NCBI GenBank assembly: GCA_963828255.1
Contig: CAWHDZ010000007.1
Span: 208,034 to 272,033, forward strand
Direction of reading: 5' to 3'
Length of the DNA: 64,000 nucleotides
From: an uncultured delta proteobacterium
GTDB lineage: Bacteria; Myxococcota; Myxococcia; Myxococcales; Anaeromyxobacteraceae
Shown here: positions 18,871 through 29,500 of the stretch, one piece after another
Numbering within the stretch: the first letter of the stretch is position 1
How the letters are laid out: every line of letters starts with the position of its first letter
Made by a program: the position numbers and the translations under genes
Notes under the pieces: model-generated
Told to the model about the DNA's origin: nothing
The model's input: only the letters and a program-made list of their open reading frames with translations
Database searches by the model: none

Positions 18871-21800
18871 GGTGCGACGCCGCGTTCAGGGCCGGGGGCG
18901 CGCCGTGGCACGAGGTGCAGGCGAGCTTGCCCGAGGTTGCCCAGGAGAGCGCCGCAGCGCTCTGGTTGCCGCCGGGGAAGTTGCCGTGACAGTAGGTGTT
19001 CGAGCAGGTGTGGGCCGTGGGGTTGTAAGCCGTCGGCACCGCGCCCTGGGCTGTCGACAGGCCAGCGTAGGTCACGCCGATGACGCCGTTCGAGTGCGTA
19101 CTGGTGGTCGGGAGGACATGGCAGTTGACGCATGCCATCGGCCTCGACAGCGCAGGCGCCGTGGCGCCCTGGTTCACGTGCGCCAGGTGGACGCCGGCGA
19201 TCCCGGTGGCCGACGCGACGACCGGAGGCGCGGCCGCCTGGTTCAGGTCCGCACCGGCCACGCTTACCCGACCAGCCGCGCCGTGGCAGGAGGTGCAGGA
19301 CATGCCGTTGACGTCGACCGTGCCGTTGACGTGGGTGGCCGGATCGATGATCGACTGGGTGGCGTTGCTGTAGTTGCCGTGGCAGTTGCCGCAGGTGGCG
19401 AGCGTGGAGCCGGCCGGGTGGGTGCCGCCAGGAGGCGTGCCGTGGCAGGAGGTGCAGGTCGTCGCCGCGGCGGTCCAGGTGATGGCGCCGGCGCCGACAC
19501 CGTTCGTGAAGTTGCCGTGGCAGTAAGTGTTGGAGCAGGTGCTGCCGGCGTAGGAGGGGGCCGGGAAGGTGGTCCCGGTGCCGGTCCGCGCCAGCGTCCC
19601 GAAGACGACGTTGGGCGCGCCGTTGGCGTGGAGCGGGGTGGCCGGGATGGCGGCGTTGTGGCACTCGCTGCAGGCGACCTGCTTGGAGAAGCTTGGGCCG
19701 CCGGCGGCGCCGGTGAAGAGGTGCTTCGCGTGGGCGCCGACCTTGGCGCCCGTCGAGAGGTTGGTCGCATCGACCGGAGGAGAGGACGAGAAGGCGACGG
19801 CATTGGCGTCGGCGCCGGTGCGGGCCGGATCGCCGTGGCAGGTGGTGCAGGTCTGGGTGGTGTACTCGATGACGCCGTTCACGTGAGTCGCCACGTTGAC
19901 GGCGACGCCGGTGTAGCCCGTGTGGCAGGAGCCGCAATCGGTGCGGTTCGGGTGGAAGCGCCCGGTCGACGTCGTCGACGGCGGCATCCCGTGGCAGGAG
20001 GCGCAGACGAGCGTCGCGGCGGTGGTCCAGGCGGGCGTCACGTTGGTCGCGCCTATGCCGCCGCCGAGGTTGCCGTGGCAGTAGGTGTTGGAGCAGGTGA
20101 GGGCCGTGGTGGAGTAGCTGGCCGTGGCGATGCCGCCGGTCGTCGACAGGTTGGCGAGCCCAACCGTGCCGGTCGTCGCGACGCCGGTCTTGTGGACCTG
20201 GACCGTGGGGACGACGTGGCAGGCGTTGCAGAGGACCGGGCGGGACCGCGTCCCGAGGACGTGGGCCGCGTGGACGCCGACGCCGCGGCCGGTGATCGCG
20301 GTGAGGCCGTAGGTGTCGGGGGAGCCAACGCCCCTGGGTGCGGCGCCGACGTTCGGGTCCTGCGTGCCGGTGGCGACGAGCGTGCCGCCGTGGCAGGTGG
20401 TGCAGGTGAGCGTCGAGGTATTGACGGCGCCGTTCACGTGCAGGCCTCCGGCGACGTTGACCACTCCGGCCGCGTTGACGGTTCCGCCGTGGCAGCTCGC
20501 GCAGGTGGTGAGCGCGGCGGCGTTGTGGTGGTTCGCCGTCGTCGGGGGCGACTTGTGGCAGCTGCCGCAGTCGGCAGCCGCGCCGTTCCAGGACCAGGAG
20601 GCGACGCTGCCGCGGGTGGTCGTCGCGTTCAGGCTCGAGCCGTGGCAGTAGGTGGCGCACGTCGTCTGCGTCGTCGTCCCGTTGCCCTGGACGAAGGTGG
20701 GAGCGAACGCGCCCAGGTTCGCGCCGGTGGCGGTGGCGAACGTCACGTTGACGACGCTGTTCGAGTGGGCGGCGCTCAGGTTGTTGGGGTGGCACTCGGT
20801 ACAGGCCACCGGCTTGTAGACCGCGCCGGCTGCGGCAGGATTCACGTGGCCGAGGTGGGTTCCGACCGCGACGCCCGTCGTCGCGCCCGCCGTGTCGACC
20901 GGAGGCGCCGACGCCTGGTTCAGGTCTGCGCCGGCCACGCTCACGCGCGCAGCCGAGCCGTGGCACGAGGTGCAGGACATGTTCGAGATGTCGATGACGC
21001 CGTTCAGGTGGGCCGTTGTGTTGACCGTCGTCGCGGAGTAGCCGGTGTGGCAGGTCTGGCAGGCGGAGTTGGCCGGGTGGGTCCCGCCGGGAGGCGTGCC
21101 GTGGCAGGTGCCGCAGTTCGCTGCGGCGACGCCGCCGAGCCAGGAGGGAGCGAGCGTCGTCGCGCCGTTCTGGAAGTTGCCGTGGCAGTAGACGTTGGAG
21201 CAGGTGCCCGCGCCGTTCGTCCCGGCGCCGGTGGTGCTGCCCGCGTAGGCGGCGGTGGTGATGCCGCCGGTCCTGGCGAGCGTGCCGAAGGCGATGGTGG
21301 CGCGCGCTCCGCCGGTGCCGACGCCCGTCGCGTGGGCGACGTCGCCCGCGCCGGGCACGGTGTGACACTCGCTGCAGGCGAGGGGCGTGCTCCTCCAGCG
21401 CGTGCCAACGAGGTGCGCCGCGTGTGCGCCGACCGCGGCGGCCGTCGCAGCGGTGGCGCCGGTGGTGTCGGCGGCGGTGGCGTTGAAGCCGGGGGCCGAG
21501 GCGTTCGACGTTGCGGCGACCGCGGTCTGGGTGAGGTCGCCGTGGCAGAGGGTGCAGCCGGAGCGGCTCAGGTTGACGGTGCCGTCCACATGGGTGGCAG
21601 CGACCACGGTCGTCGCCGTGTTGCCGGCGCCGTGGCAGGTCGCGCAGGTGGCGTTGGCAGGGTGGTGGCTTGCGGCGGTGAGCGCGGGGGGTGCCCCGTG
21701 GCAGGCCGTGCAGGCGAGCTTGCCCGAGGTGGCCCAGGAGAGCGCCGCAGCGCTCTGGTTGCCGCCGGGGAAGTTGCCGTGACAGTAGGTGTTCGAGCAG

Positions 21801-23251
21801 GTGTGCGCCGTCGGGTTGTACGCCGTCGGCACCGCGCCCTGGGCTGTCGACAGGCCAGCGTAGGTCACGCCGATGACGCCGTTCGAGTGCGTGCTGCTCG
21901 TCGGAAGGACATGGCAGTTGACGCATGCCATCGGCCTCGACAGCGCAGGCGCCGTGGCGCCCTGGTTCACGTGCGCCAGGTGGACGCCGGCGATGCCGGT
22001 GGCCGACGCGACGACCGGAGGCGCGGCCGCCTGGTTCAGGTCCGCACCGGCCACGCTTACCCGACCAGCCGCGCCGTGGCAGGAGGTGCAGGACATGCCG
22101 TTGACGTCGACCGTGCCGTTGACGTGGAGTGAAGCATCGACCGAGGTGGAGGTGTAGCCGGTGTGGCAGGAGGCGCAGTCGGAGTTCTGGGTGTGGGGCG
22201 CGGCGGGCGGGACGCCGTGGCAGGTGCCGCAGGAGGTGGCGGCGGGATTGGTCCAGGTGGGGGCATAGCCCGCGTTGCCGCCGGAGAAGGAGCCGTGGCA
22301 GTAGACGTTGGAGCAGGTCGCGCCGTTCCAGGCGGGCGAGGCGCTTCCCGTCCCGGCGATGGTCCCGAAGGCGATCTCGGCCGGCCCGTTCGAGTGGGAG
22401 TTGCTCGTGGGGACGACGTGGCACTCGGTGCAGGAGAGCGAGTTGCCGTCCTTCAGGTGGAGGGCGTGGGCGCCGACTGCACGGGCGGTGGTGGCGGTCT
22501 CGCCCTTCGAGCCCCTGGGCGGCGCGGCGGACAAGCGAGGGTTCAGGGTGGTGTCGGCGCGGGCCGGATCGCCGTGGCAGGAGGAGCAGGAGAGGTTCGC
22601 GACGTCGACCTTGCCATCGATGTGGGTGGCGAGGTTGACGGTGGTCGCGGTGTAGCCGGTGTGGCAACTGCCGCAGTTCGAGGCCGAGCCCACGTCGGGG
22701 TGCGGAGCCGCGGGAGGAAGGCCGTGGCAGGTGCCGCAGGACGACGCGCGGGCCTGGGTCCAGACCGGGGCGTTGGTGGAGGAGCCGCCCACGAAGCCGC
22801 CGTGGCAGTAGGAGGCCGAGCAGGAGGAGCCGTTCCAGGTGGGAGCCGCGCCGCCGGTGGTGGCGAGCGGGCCGAAGGCGAGGTCGACCTTTCCGTTGGC
22901 GTGGGCGGTGGTGGTGGGGACGATGTGGCACTCGGAGCAAGCGACCGCCGGGCCGATTGTTCCGCCCTGGAGGTGGAGTTGGTGGGCGCCGACGGCGCGG
23001 TCGGTCGTGGCGGCTTCGCCCTTGGTGCCTTTGGGGGGTGCGGAGGGGAATTGGGGGTTGGTCACCGTTGCCTGACGCGTCCCGTCGCCGTGGCACAGGG
23101 TGCAAGCTTTGCTCTGGCCGGCGGCGCCGCCGTCCACTCCGTTCGACGCTGCCGGACGTGGGTCAGCACAACCTGAAAAAATGACGACGGAACATGCCAG
23201 GATCAGGGAGTAAGCAGATGAATGAGTGCTGCCTGCCCGCCGTCCCCGCAT
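15812..23251 (-). CDS. giant lipoprotein multiheme cytochrome c, ~2479 aa, ~60 heme motifs
   Basis: ATG at 23251 with GAGGA upstream; lipobox IFSGC; 10 five-heme modules plus a distinct 10-motif C-terminal domain; 49 CxxCH + 11 CX3-4CH (manual count). Confidence 0.93.
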   Translation of the reverse strand: MRGRRAGSTHSSAYSLILACSVVIFSGCADPRPAASNGVDGGAAGQSKACTLCHGDGTRQATVTNPQFPSAPPKGTKGEAATTDRAVGAHQLHLQGGTIGPAVACSECHIVPTTTAHANGKVDLAFGPLATTGGAAPTWNGSSCSASYCHGGFVGGSSTNAPVWTQARASSCGTCHGLPPAAPHPDVGSASNCGSCHTGYTATTVNLATHIDGKVDVANLSCSSCHGDPARADTTLNPRLSAAPPRGSKGETATTARAVGAHALHLKDGNSLSCTECHVVPTSNSHSNGPAEIAFGTIAGTGSASPAWNGATCSNVYCHGSFSGGNAGYAPTWTNPAATSCGTCHGVPPAAPHTQNSDCASCHTGYTSTSVDASLHVNGTVDVNGMSCTSCHGAAGRVSVAGADLNQAAAPPVVASATGIAGVHLAHVNQGATAPALSRPMACVNCHVLPTSSTHSNGVIGVTYAGLSTAQGAVPTAYNPTAHTCSNTYCHGNFPGGNQSAAALSWATSGKLACTACHGAPPALTAASHHPANATCATCHGAGNTATTVVAATHVDGTVNLSRSGCTLCHGDLTQTAVAATSNASAPGFNATAADTTGATAATAAAVGAHAAHLVGTRWRSTPLACSECHTVPGAGDVAHATGVGTGGARATIAFGTLARTGGITTAAYAGSTTGAGTNGAGTCSNVYCHGNFQNGATTLAPSWLGGVAAANCGTCHGTPPGGTHPANSACQTCHTGYSATTVNTTAHLNGVIDISNMSCTSCHGSAARVSVAGADLNQASAPPVDTAGATTGVAVGTHLGHVNPAAAGAVYKPVACTECHPNNLSAAHSNSVVNVTFATATGANLGAFAPTFVQGNGTTTQTTCATYCHGSSLNATTTRGSVASWSWNGAAADCGSCHKSPPTTANHHNAAALTTCASCHGGTVNAAGVVNVAGGLHVNGAVNTSTLTCTTCHGGTLVATGTQDPNVGAAPRGVGSPDTYGLTAITGRGVGVHAAHVLGTRSRPVLCNACHVVPTVQVHKTGVATTGTVGLANLSTTGGIATASYSTTALTCSNTYCHGNLGGGIGATNVTPAWTTAATLVCASCHGMPPSTTSTGRFHPNRTDCGSCHTGYTGVAVNVATHVNGVIEYTTQTCTTCHGDPARTGADANAVAFSSSPPVDATNLSTGAKVGAHAKHLFTGAAGGPSFSKQVACSECHNAAIPATPLHANGAPNVVFGTLARTGTGTTFPAPSYAGSTCSNTYCHGNFTNGVGAGAITWTAAATTCTSCHGTPPGGTHPAGSTLATCGNCHGNYSNATQSIIDPATHVNGTVDVNGMSCTSCHGAAGRVSVAGADLNQAAAPPVVASATGIAGVHLAHVNQGATAPALSRPMACVNCHVLPTTSTHSNGVIGVTYAGLSTAQGAVPTAYNPTAHTCSNTYCHGNFPGGNQSAAALSWATSGKLACTSCHGAPPALNAASHHPANATCATCHGAGNTATTVVAATHVDGTVNLSRSGCTLCHGDLTQTAVAATSNASAPGFNATAADTTGATAATAAGVGAHAAHLVGTRWRATALACNECHTVPGAGDVAHATGVGTGGARATIAFGTLARTGGITTAAYAGSTTGAGTNGAGTCSNVYCHGNFTNGATTLAPSWLGGVAAANCGTCHGTPPGGTHPANSACQNCHTGYTIGSINPANHLNGSVQVDALTCTSCHGAATRVSVAGADLNQQSAPPADSLGATTGVRVGVHVSHVNPVATGAVYRPVACVECHPNNAGNNAHSNSTRNVTFATATGANLGAFTATFTLGNGSTTATTCATYCHGATMAAGFTGSVGATWSWTGTAATCGSCHAFPPTVSHTGVLAAATDCNRCHGGTVNTDGTINVAGGLHINGQLDGGGEPATGGSSCGGCHTDYFNRMTAVTGAPVSRHALGSDVPADGAFSWTGTDLNTSVAIANRTCISMCHGDHPHTVTSPAGAGHANNVFLDATTQATRAVTATTRIGTGGTGTQNRARTDFDTTLNVGLCASCHQKPILANGITVSAATFGLSAHDFSTNTVGATTYNWSYGLHDASSFARNCTKCHASRVEGNTPASTTTVSVHYSTTDVNLLAGTTNPAGTAANFACYNCHGSTATPAAGAQGNRSGKDIQTQVLHATTANQSGHPSNSDTRHNSAAEFTNAVFGNALGVTAGAGQRHASCMDCHDSHEAKPTSGSLRVTGSATTGNVSGPALQGAWGAQLTSNPAFFTAPTSANFTKKVIAAGTDLQATLCFKCHTGYYWGTGTPPTSPSGAFAETDQAKEFNPANVGSFAGTWANNETAGSFHPVLASAGSNLGATSNIKAPWTRTSLMTCTDCHASDTTTDPNGPHGSAAKFILKGPNTAWNNTLVGTSAGMPANTFCINCHNQNFGSSRFATHVSRGDHRLACFNCHAAIPHGGPRPGILVAIAGASANVGGTIAGWDNAAPYAQGGTGSRLYIVSYPANNTTGWVKDNCGCNGTGH

Positions 23252-23322
23252 GGGTTCCTCCTGGGTGCAAAAACCCAAATCGCAACATTTGCGCCATTGA
23301 CGATGTAGATTTCCGTACCCTT

Positions 23323-23363
23323 TGCACGGGACAGGCCAAGAGCTGACCCTGATGGGGTAAATG
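23323..23363 (-). promoter_or_regulatory. sigma54-like -24/-12 promoter plus adjacent pseudo-palindromic box
   Basis: Minus-strand TGGCCTGTCCCGTGCA (GG-N10-GC) at 23323-23338, identical to 36636-36651; box TGACCCTGATGGGGTAAATG at 23344-23363. Confidence 0.65.
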
Positions 23364-23457
23364 GCAGAATTCTCAGGATTCGGCCGAACGGGACCGCTCG
23401 ACGGGAAGGCAGCTGGTCACCGTTCCGGGTGCCAGGGGGTCACGTTCAGTGAACAGC

Positions 23458-26400
23458 AGGGGCGGCGGCGTGCCCTGTGGCCAGCCGCCGCCCCCGGGGA
23501 TCAGTGACCAGTGCCGTTGCAGCCGCAGTTGTCCTTGACCCAGCCCGTGGTGTTGTTGGCGGGGTAGGAGACGATGTAGAGCCTGCTGCCCGTGCCGCCC
23601 TGCGCGTAGGGTGCGGCGTTGTCCCAGCCGGCGATGGTGCCGCCGACGTTGGCGCTGGCGCCGGCGATGGCGACGAGGATGCCTGGGCGGGGTCCGCCGT
23701 GGGGGATGGCGGCGTGGCAGTTGAAGCAGGCCAGGCGGTGGTCGCCGCGCGAGACGTGGGTCGCGAAGCGTGAGCTCCCGAAGTTCTGGTTGTGGCAGTT
23801 GATGCAGAAGGTGTTGGCGGGCATGCCGGCGCTGGTTCCGACGAGGGTGTTGTTCCAGGCGGTGTTCGGTCCCTTGAGGATGAACTTCGCGGCCGAGCCG
23901 TGCGGGCCGTTGGGATCGGTGGTCGTGTCGGAGGCGTGGCAGTCGGTGCAGGTCATGAGGCTGGTTCGCGTCCAGGGGGCCTTGATGTTGCTGGTGGCGC
24001 CCAGGTTGCTCCCTGCGCTCGCGAGAACAGGGTGGAAGCTGCCGGCGGTCTCGTTGTTCGCCCACGTGCCGGCGAAACTCCCCACGTTGGCGGGGTTGAA
24101 TTCCTTGGCCTGGTCGGTCTCGGCAAAGGCGCCGGAGGGTGACGTCGGAGGAGTTCCGGTGCCCCAGTAGTACCCGGTGTGGCACTTGAAGCAGAGGGTG
24201 GCCTGGAGGTCAGTGCCGGCGGCGATCACCTTCTTGGTGAAGTTGGCCGAGGTCGGGGCGGTGAAGAAGGCCGGGTTGGAGGTGAGCTGCGCCCCCCAGG
24301 CGCCCTGGAGCGCGGGTCCTGAGACGTTGCCGGTGGTCGCGCTGCCGGTGACGCGCAGGCTTCCGGACGTGGGCTTGGCCTCGTGGGAGTCGTGGCAGTC
24401 CATGCAGCTGGCGTGGCGCTGGCCGGCGCCTGCGGTGACGCCCAGCGCGTTGCCGAAGACGGCGTTGGTGAACTCGGCGGCCGAGTTGTGCCGGGTGTCG
24501 GAGTTGGAGGGGTGGCCCGACTGGTTGGCGGTGGTGGCGTGGAGGACCTGGGTCTGGATGTCCTTGCCGGAGCGGTTGCCCTGGGCGCCGGCGGCGGGAG
24601 TCGCCGTCGAGCCGTGGCAGTTGTAGCAGGCGAAGTTGGCCGCCGTTCCGGCCGGGTTGGTGGTGCCGGCGAGCAGGTTCACGTCGGTGGTGGAGTAGTG
24701 GACGGAGACGGTGGTCGTGCTCGCGGGCGTGTTGCCCTCGACGCGGCTGGCGTGGCACTTGGTGCAATTGCGGGCGAAGCTGCTGGCGTCGTGGAGCCCG
24801 TAGCTCCAGTTGTAGGTCGTCGCCCCCACGGTGTTGGTGGAGAAGTCGTGGGCCGAGAGGCCGAAGGTCGCGGCGGAGACGGTGATGCCGTTCGCCAGGA
24901 TGGGCTTCTGGTGGCAGCTCGCGCACAGGCCCACGTTGAGCGTGGTGTCGAAATCGGTCCGGGCGCGGTTCTGGGTGCCGGTGCCGCCGGTGCCGATGCG
25001 CGTGGTCGCCGTGACGGCGCGGGTCGCCTGCGTTGTGGCGTCGAGGAAGACGTTGTTGGCGTGCCCCGCTCCGGCCGGGCTGGTGACGGTGTGCGGGTGG
25101 TCGCCGTGGCACATGGAGATGCAGGTCCGGTTGGCGATCGCCACCGAGGTGTTGAGATCGGTTCCGGTCCAGCTGAAGGCGCCGTCCGCCGGGACGTCGC
25201 TGCCGAGGGCGTGCCGTGAGACCGGCGCGCCGGTCACCGCCGTCATCCGGTTGAAGTAGTCGGTGTGGCAGCCGCCGCAGCTCGAGCCGCCGGTGGCGGG
25301 CTCGCCGCCGCCGTCGAGCTGGCCGTTGATGTGGAGGCCGCCGGCGACGTTGATGGTGCCGTCGGTGTTGACCGTGCCGCCGTGGCAGCGGTTGCAGTCG
25401 GTGGCGGCCGCGAGGACGCCGGTGTGGCTCACCGTGGGCGGGAAGGCGTGGCAGCTGCCGCAGGTCGCGGCGGTGCCGGTCCAGGACCAGGTGGCCCCCA
25501 CCGAGCCGGTGAAGCCCGCCGCCATCGTGGCGCCGTGGCAGTAGGTGGCGCAGGTGGTGGCGGTGGTGCTGCCGTTGCCCAGCGTGAACGTCGCAGTGAA
25601 CGCGCCCAGGTTCGCGCCGGTGGCGGTGGCGAAGGTCACGTTCCGCGTGCTGTTCGAGTGGGCGTTGTTTCCGGCGTTGTTCGGGTGGCACTCGACGCAG
25701 GCGACGGGCCGGTACACCGCGCCGGTGGCCACGGGGTTCACGTGGGAGACGTGGACTCCGACCCGGACGCCGGTCGTGGCTCCCAGCGAGTCGGCGGGGG
25801 GCGCCGACTGCTGGTTCAGGTCCGCGCCGGCCACGCTCACACGGGTCGCCGCGCCGTGGCAGGACGTGCAGGTGAGCGCGTCGACCTGAACCGACCCGTT
25901 CAGGTGGTTGGCCGGGTTGATGCTGCCGATGGTGTAACCGGTGTGGCAGGCCTCGCAGGCTGGGTTGGCTGGGTGGGTCCCGCCGGGGGGCGTGCCGTGG
26001 CAGGTGCCGCAGTTCGCTGCGGCGACGCCGCCGAGCCAGGACGGGGCGAGAGTGGTCGCGCCGTTCGTGAAGTTGCCGTGGCAGTAGACGTTGGAGCAGG
26101 TGCCCGCGCCGTTCGTCCCCGCGCCGGTGGTGCTGCCCGCGTAGGCGGCGGTGGTGATGCCGCCCGTCCTGGCGAGCGTGCCGAAGGCGATGGTGGCGCG
26201 CGCTCCGCCGGTGCCGACGCCCGTCGCGTGGGCGACGTCGCCCGCGCCGGGAACCGTGTGGCACTCGTTGCAGGCGAGCGCGGTGGCGCGCCAGCGCGTG
26301 CCAACGAGGTGCGCCGCGTGTGCGCCGACGCCGGCGGCCGTCGCAGCGGTCGCCCCGGTGGTGTCGGCGGCGGTGGCGTTGAAGCCGGGGGCCGAGGCGT

Positions 26401-26560
26401 TCGACGTTGCGGCGACCGCGGTCTGGGCGAGGTCGCCGTGGCAGAGGGTGCAGCCGGAGCGGCTCAGGTTGACGGTGCCGTCCACGTGGGTCGCGGCGAC
26501 GACGGTGGTGGCCGTGTTGCCCGCGCCGTGGCAGGTCGCGCAGGTGGCGTTGGCAGGGTG
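23458..26560. repeat. copy 2 of the ~3.1-kb near-identical direct repeat
   Basis: Matches 15769-18870, including the stop codon and downstream hairpin. Confidence 0.92.
23459..23494 (-). terminator. GC-rich stem-loop after giant cytochrome gene 2
   Basis: Identical to 15770-15805. Confidence 0.55.
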
Positions 26561-29500
26561 GTGGCTCGCGGCGGTGAGCGCAGGCGGCGCGCCGTGGCAG
26601 GAGGTGCAGGAGAGCGTCGCGACCGTCTTCCAGGTGGGCGTGGCGATGGCGCCGGCGCCGCCGGCGAAGTTGCCGTGACAGTAGGTGTTGGAGCAGGTCC
26701 CACCCGCGCCGGCGTAGGTCGAGGTGACGCCGCCGGTGTTGGAGAGGTTGGCGAGCGTGACCGTTCCGGCCGTCGCGACGCCCGTCTTGTGGACCTGGAC
26801 CGTCGGGACGACGTGGCAGGCGTTGCAGAGGACCGGGCGGGACCGCGTCCCGAGGACGTGCGACGCGTGCACGCCGACGCCGTTCGCAGTGGCGGGGGCC
26901 GTGAGGCCGTAGGTGTCGGGGGAACCAACGCCCCTGGGGGCCGCGCCGACGTTCGGGTCCTGCGTGCCGGTGGCGACGAGCGTGCCGCCGTGGCAGGTGA
27001 CGCAGGTGAGGGTGGAGGTGTTGACGACGCCATTCACGTGCAGTCCGCCGGCGACGTTGACGACTCCGGCCGCGTTGACGGTTCCGCCGTGGCAACTCGC
27101 GCAGGTGGTGATCGCGGCGGCGTTGTGGTGGTTCGCAGTCGTGGGAGGCGACTTGTGGCAGCTGCCGCAATCGGCGGCGGCGCCGTTCCAGGTCCAACTC
27201 GTCACGCTGCCCCGCGTCGTCGTCGCGTTGAGCGAGGAGCCGTGGCAGTAAGTCGCGCACGTCGTCTGCGTCGTCGTCCCGTTCCCCTGGACGAAGGTGG
27301 GAGCGAACGCGCCCAGGTTGGCGCCGGTGGCGGTGGCGAATGTCACGTTCACGACGTTGTTGGAGTGGGCGTTGCTCGTGTTGTTCGGGTGGCACTCGGT
27401 ACAGGCCACCGGCTTGTAGACCGCGCCCGCCGCTGCCGGGTTCACGTGGCCGAGGTGCGTGCCGACCGCGACGCCCGTCGCGGCGCCCGCCGTGTCGACC
27501 GGAGGTGCCGCCACCTGGTTCACGTCGGCGCCGGCGACGCTGACGCGACCGCTGGTGCCGTGGCACGAGGTGCAGGACATGTTGGAGAGGTCGACAGCGC
27601 CATCGACGTGACCCGCCGCGCTGATGATGGACTGGGTGGCATTGCTGTAGTTGCCGTGGCAGTTGCCGCAGGTGGCGAGCGTGGAGCCGGCCGGGTGGGT
27701 GCCGCCCGGAGGCGTGCCGTGGCAGGAGGTGCAGGTCGTCGCCGCGGCGGTCCAGGTGATGGCGCCGGCGCCGACACCGTTCGTGAAGTTGCCGTGGCAG
27801 TAAGTGTTGGAGCAGGTGCTGCCGGCGTAGGAGGGGGCCGGGAAGGTGGTCCCGGTGCCGGTCCGCGCCAGCGTCCCGAAGACGACGTTGGGCGCGCCGT
27901 TGGCGTGGAGCGGGGTGGCCGGGATGGCGGCGTTGTGGCACTCGCTGCAGGCGACCTGCTTGGAGAAGCTTGGGCCGCCGGCGGCGCCGGTGAAGAGGTG
28001 CTTCGCGTGGGCGCCGACCTTGGCGCCCGTCGAGAGGTTGGTCGCATCGACCGGAGGAGAGGACGAGAAGGCGACGGCATTGGCGTCGGCGCCGGTGCGG
28101 GCCGGATCGCCGTGGCAGGTGGTGCAGGTCTGGGTGGTGTATTCGATGACGCCGTTCACGTGAGTCGCCACGTTGACGGCGACACCGGTGTAGCCCGTGT
28201 GGCAGGAGCCGCAATCGGTGCGGTTCGGGTGGAAGCGCCCGGTCGACGTCGTCGACGGCGGCATCCCGTGGCAGGAGGCGCAGACGAGCGTGGCGGCCGC
28301 GGTCCAGGCCGGGGTCACGTTGGTCGCGCCTACGCCGCCGCCGAGGTTGCCGTGGCAGTAGGTGTTGGAGCAGGTGAGGGTGGTGGTGGAGTAGCTGGCC
28401 GTGGTGATGCCACCGGTCGTCGACAGGTTGGCGAGCCCAACCGTGCCGGTCGTCGCGACGCCGGTCTTGTGGACCTGGGCGGTGGGAACGACGTGGCAGG
28501 CGTTGCAGAGCACCGGACGGGAGCGGGTGCCGAGGACGTGCGAGGCGTGCACGCCGACGCCGCGGGCGGTGGTGATGACGGTGCCATAGGTGTCGGGGGA
28601 GCCTGCGCCCCTGGGTGCGGCGCCGACGTTCGGGTCCTGCGTGCCGGTGGCGACGAGCGTGCCGCCGTGGCAGGTGGTGCAGGTGAGCGTCGAGGTATTG
28701 ACGGCGCCGTTCACGTGCAGGCCTCCGGCGACGTTGACGACTCCGGCCGCGTTGACGGTTCCGCCGTGGCAGCTCGCGCAGGTGGTGAGCGCCGCGGCGT
28801 TGTGGTGGTTGGCGGTGGTCGGAGGCGACTTGTGGCAGCTGCCGCAGTCGGCAGCCGCGCCGTTCCAGGTCCAGGAGGTCACGCTACCCCGCGTCGTCGT
28901 CGCGTTCAGCGAGGAGCCGTGGCAGTAGGTGGCGCAGGTGGTCTGGGTGGTGGTGCCGTTGCCCTGGACGAGGGTGGGAGCGAACGCGCCCAGGTTCGCG
29001 CCGGTGGCGGTGGCGAACGTCACGTTGACGACGCTGTTCGAGTGGGCGCTGCTCGTGTTGTTCGGATGGCACTCGGTACAGGTCACCGGCTTGTAGACCG
29101 CGCCCGCCGCTGCCGGGTTCACGTGGCCGAGGTGGGTTCCGACCGCGACGCCTGTCGATGCGCCCGCCGTGTCGATCGGGGGAGCGGCGGCCTGGTTCAG
29201 GTCCGCGCCGGCCACGCTCGCGCGAGCGGCGGTGCCGTGGCAGGAGGTGCAGGTGAGGTTGTCGACGTCGATGACGCCGTTCAGGTGGTTGGCGCCGACG
29301 GTCGTCGCCGTGTAGCCGGTGTGGCAGTTCGCGCAGGTAGCGCCGGCCGGGTGGGTCCCGCCGGGGGGCGTGCCGTGGCAGGTGCCGCAGTTCGCCGCGG
29401 CGACGCCGCCGAGCCAGGACGGGGCGAGAGTGGTCGCGCCGTTCGTGAAGTTGCCGTGGCAGTAGACGTTGGAGCAGGTGCCCGCGCCGTTCGTCCCCGC

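Noticed and set aside
23252..23460. GEMM-I (c-di-GMP/cGAMP) riboswitch in cytochrome leaders, as known for Geobacter
   Set aside because: Could not see the conserved GEMM core in any leader by eye; an Infernal/Rfam scan would settle it.
15090..28214. Long same-strand alternative-frame ORFs (15090..23105, 24210..28214)
   Set aside because: Arg/His/Pro-rich off-frame readings that lack stops because of codon bias.
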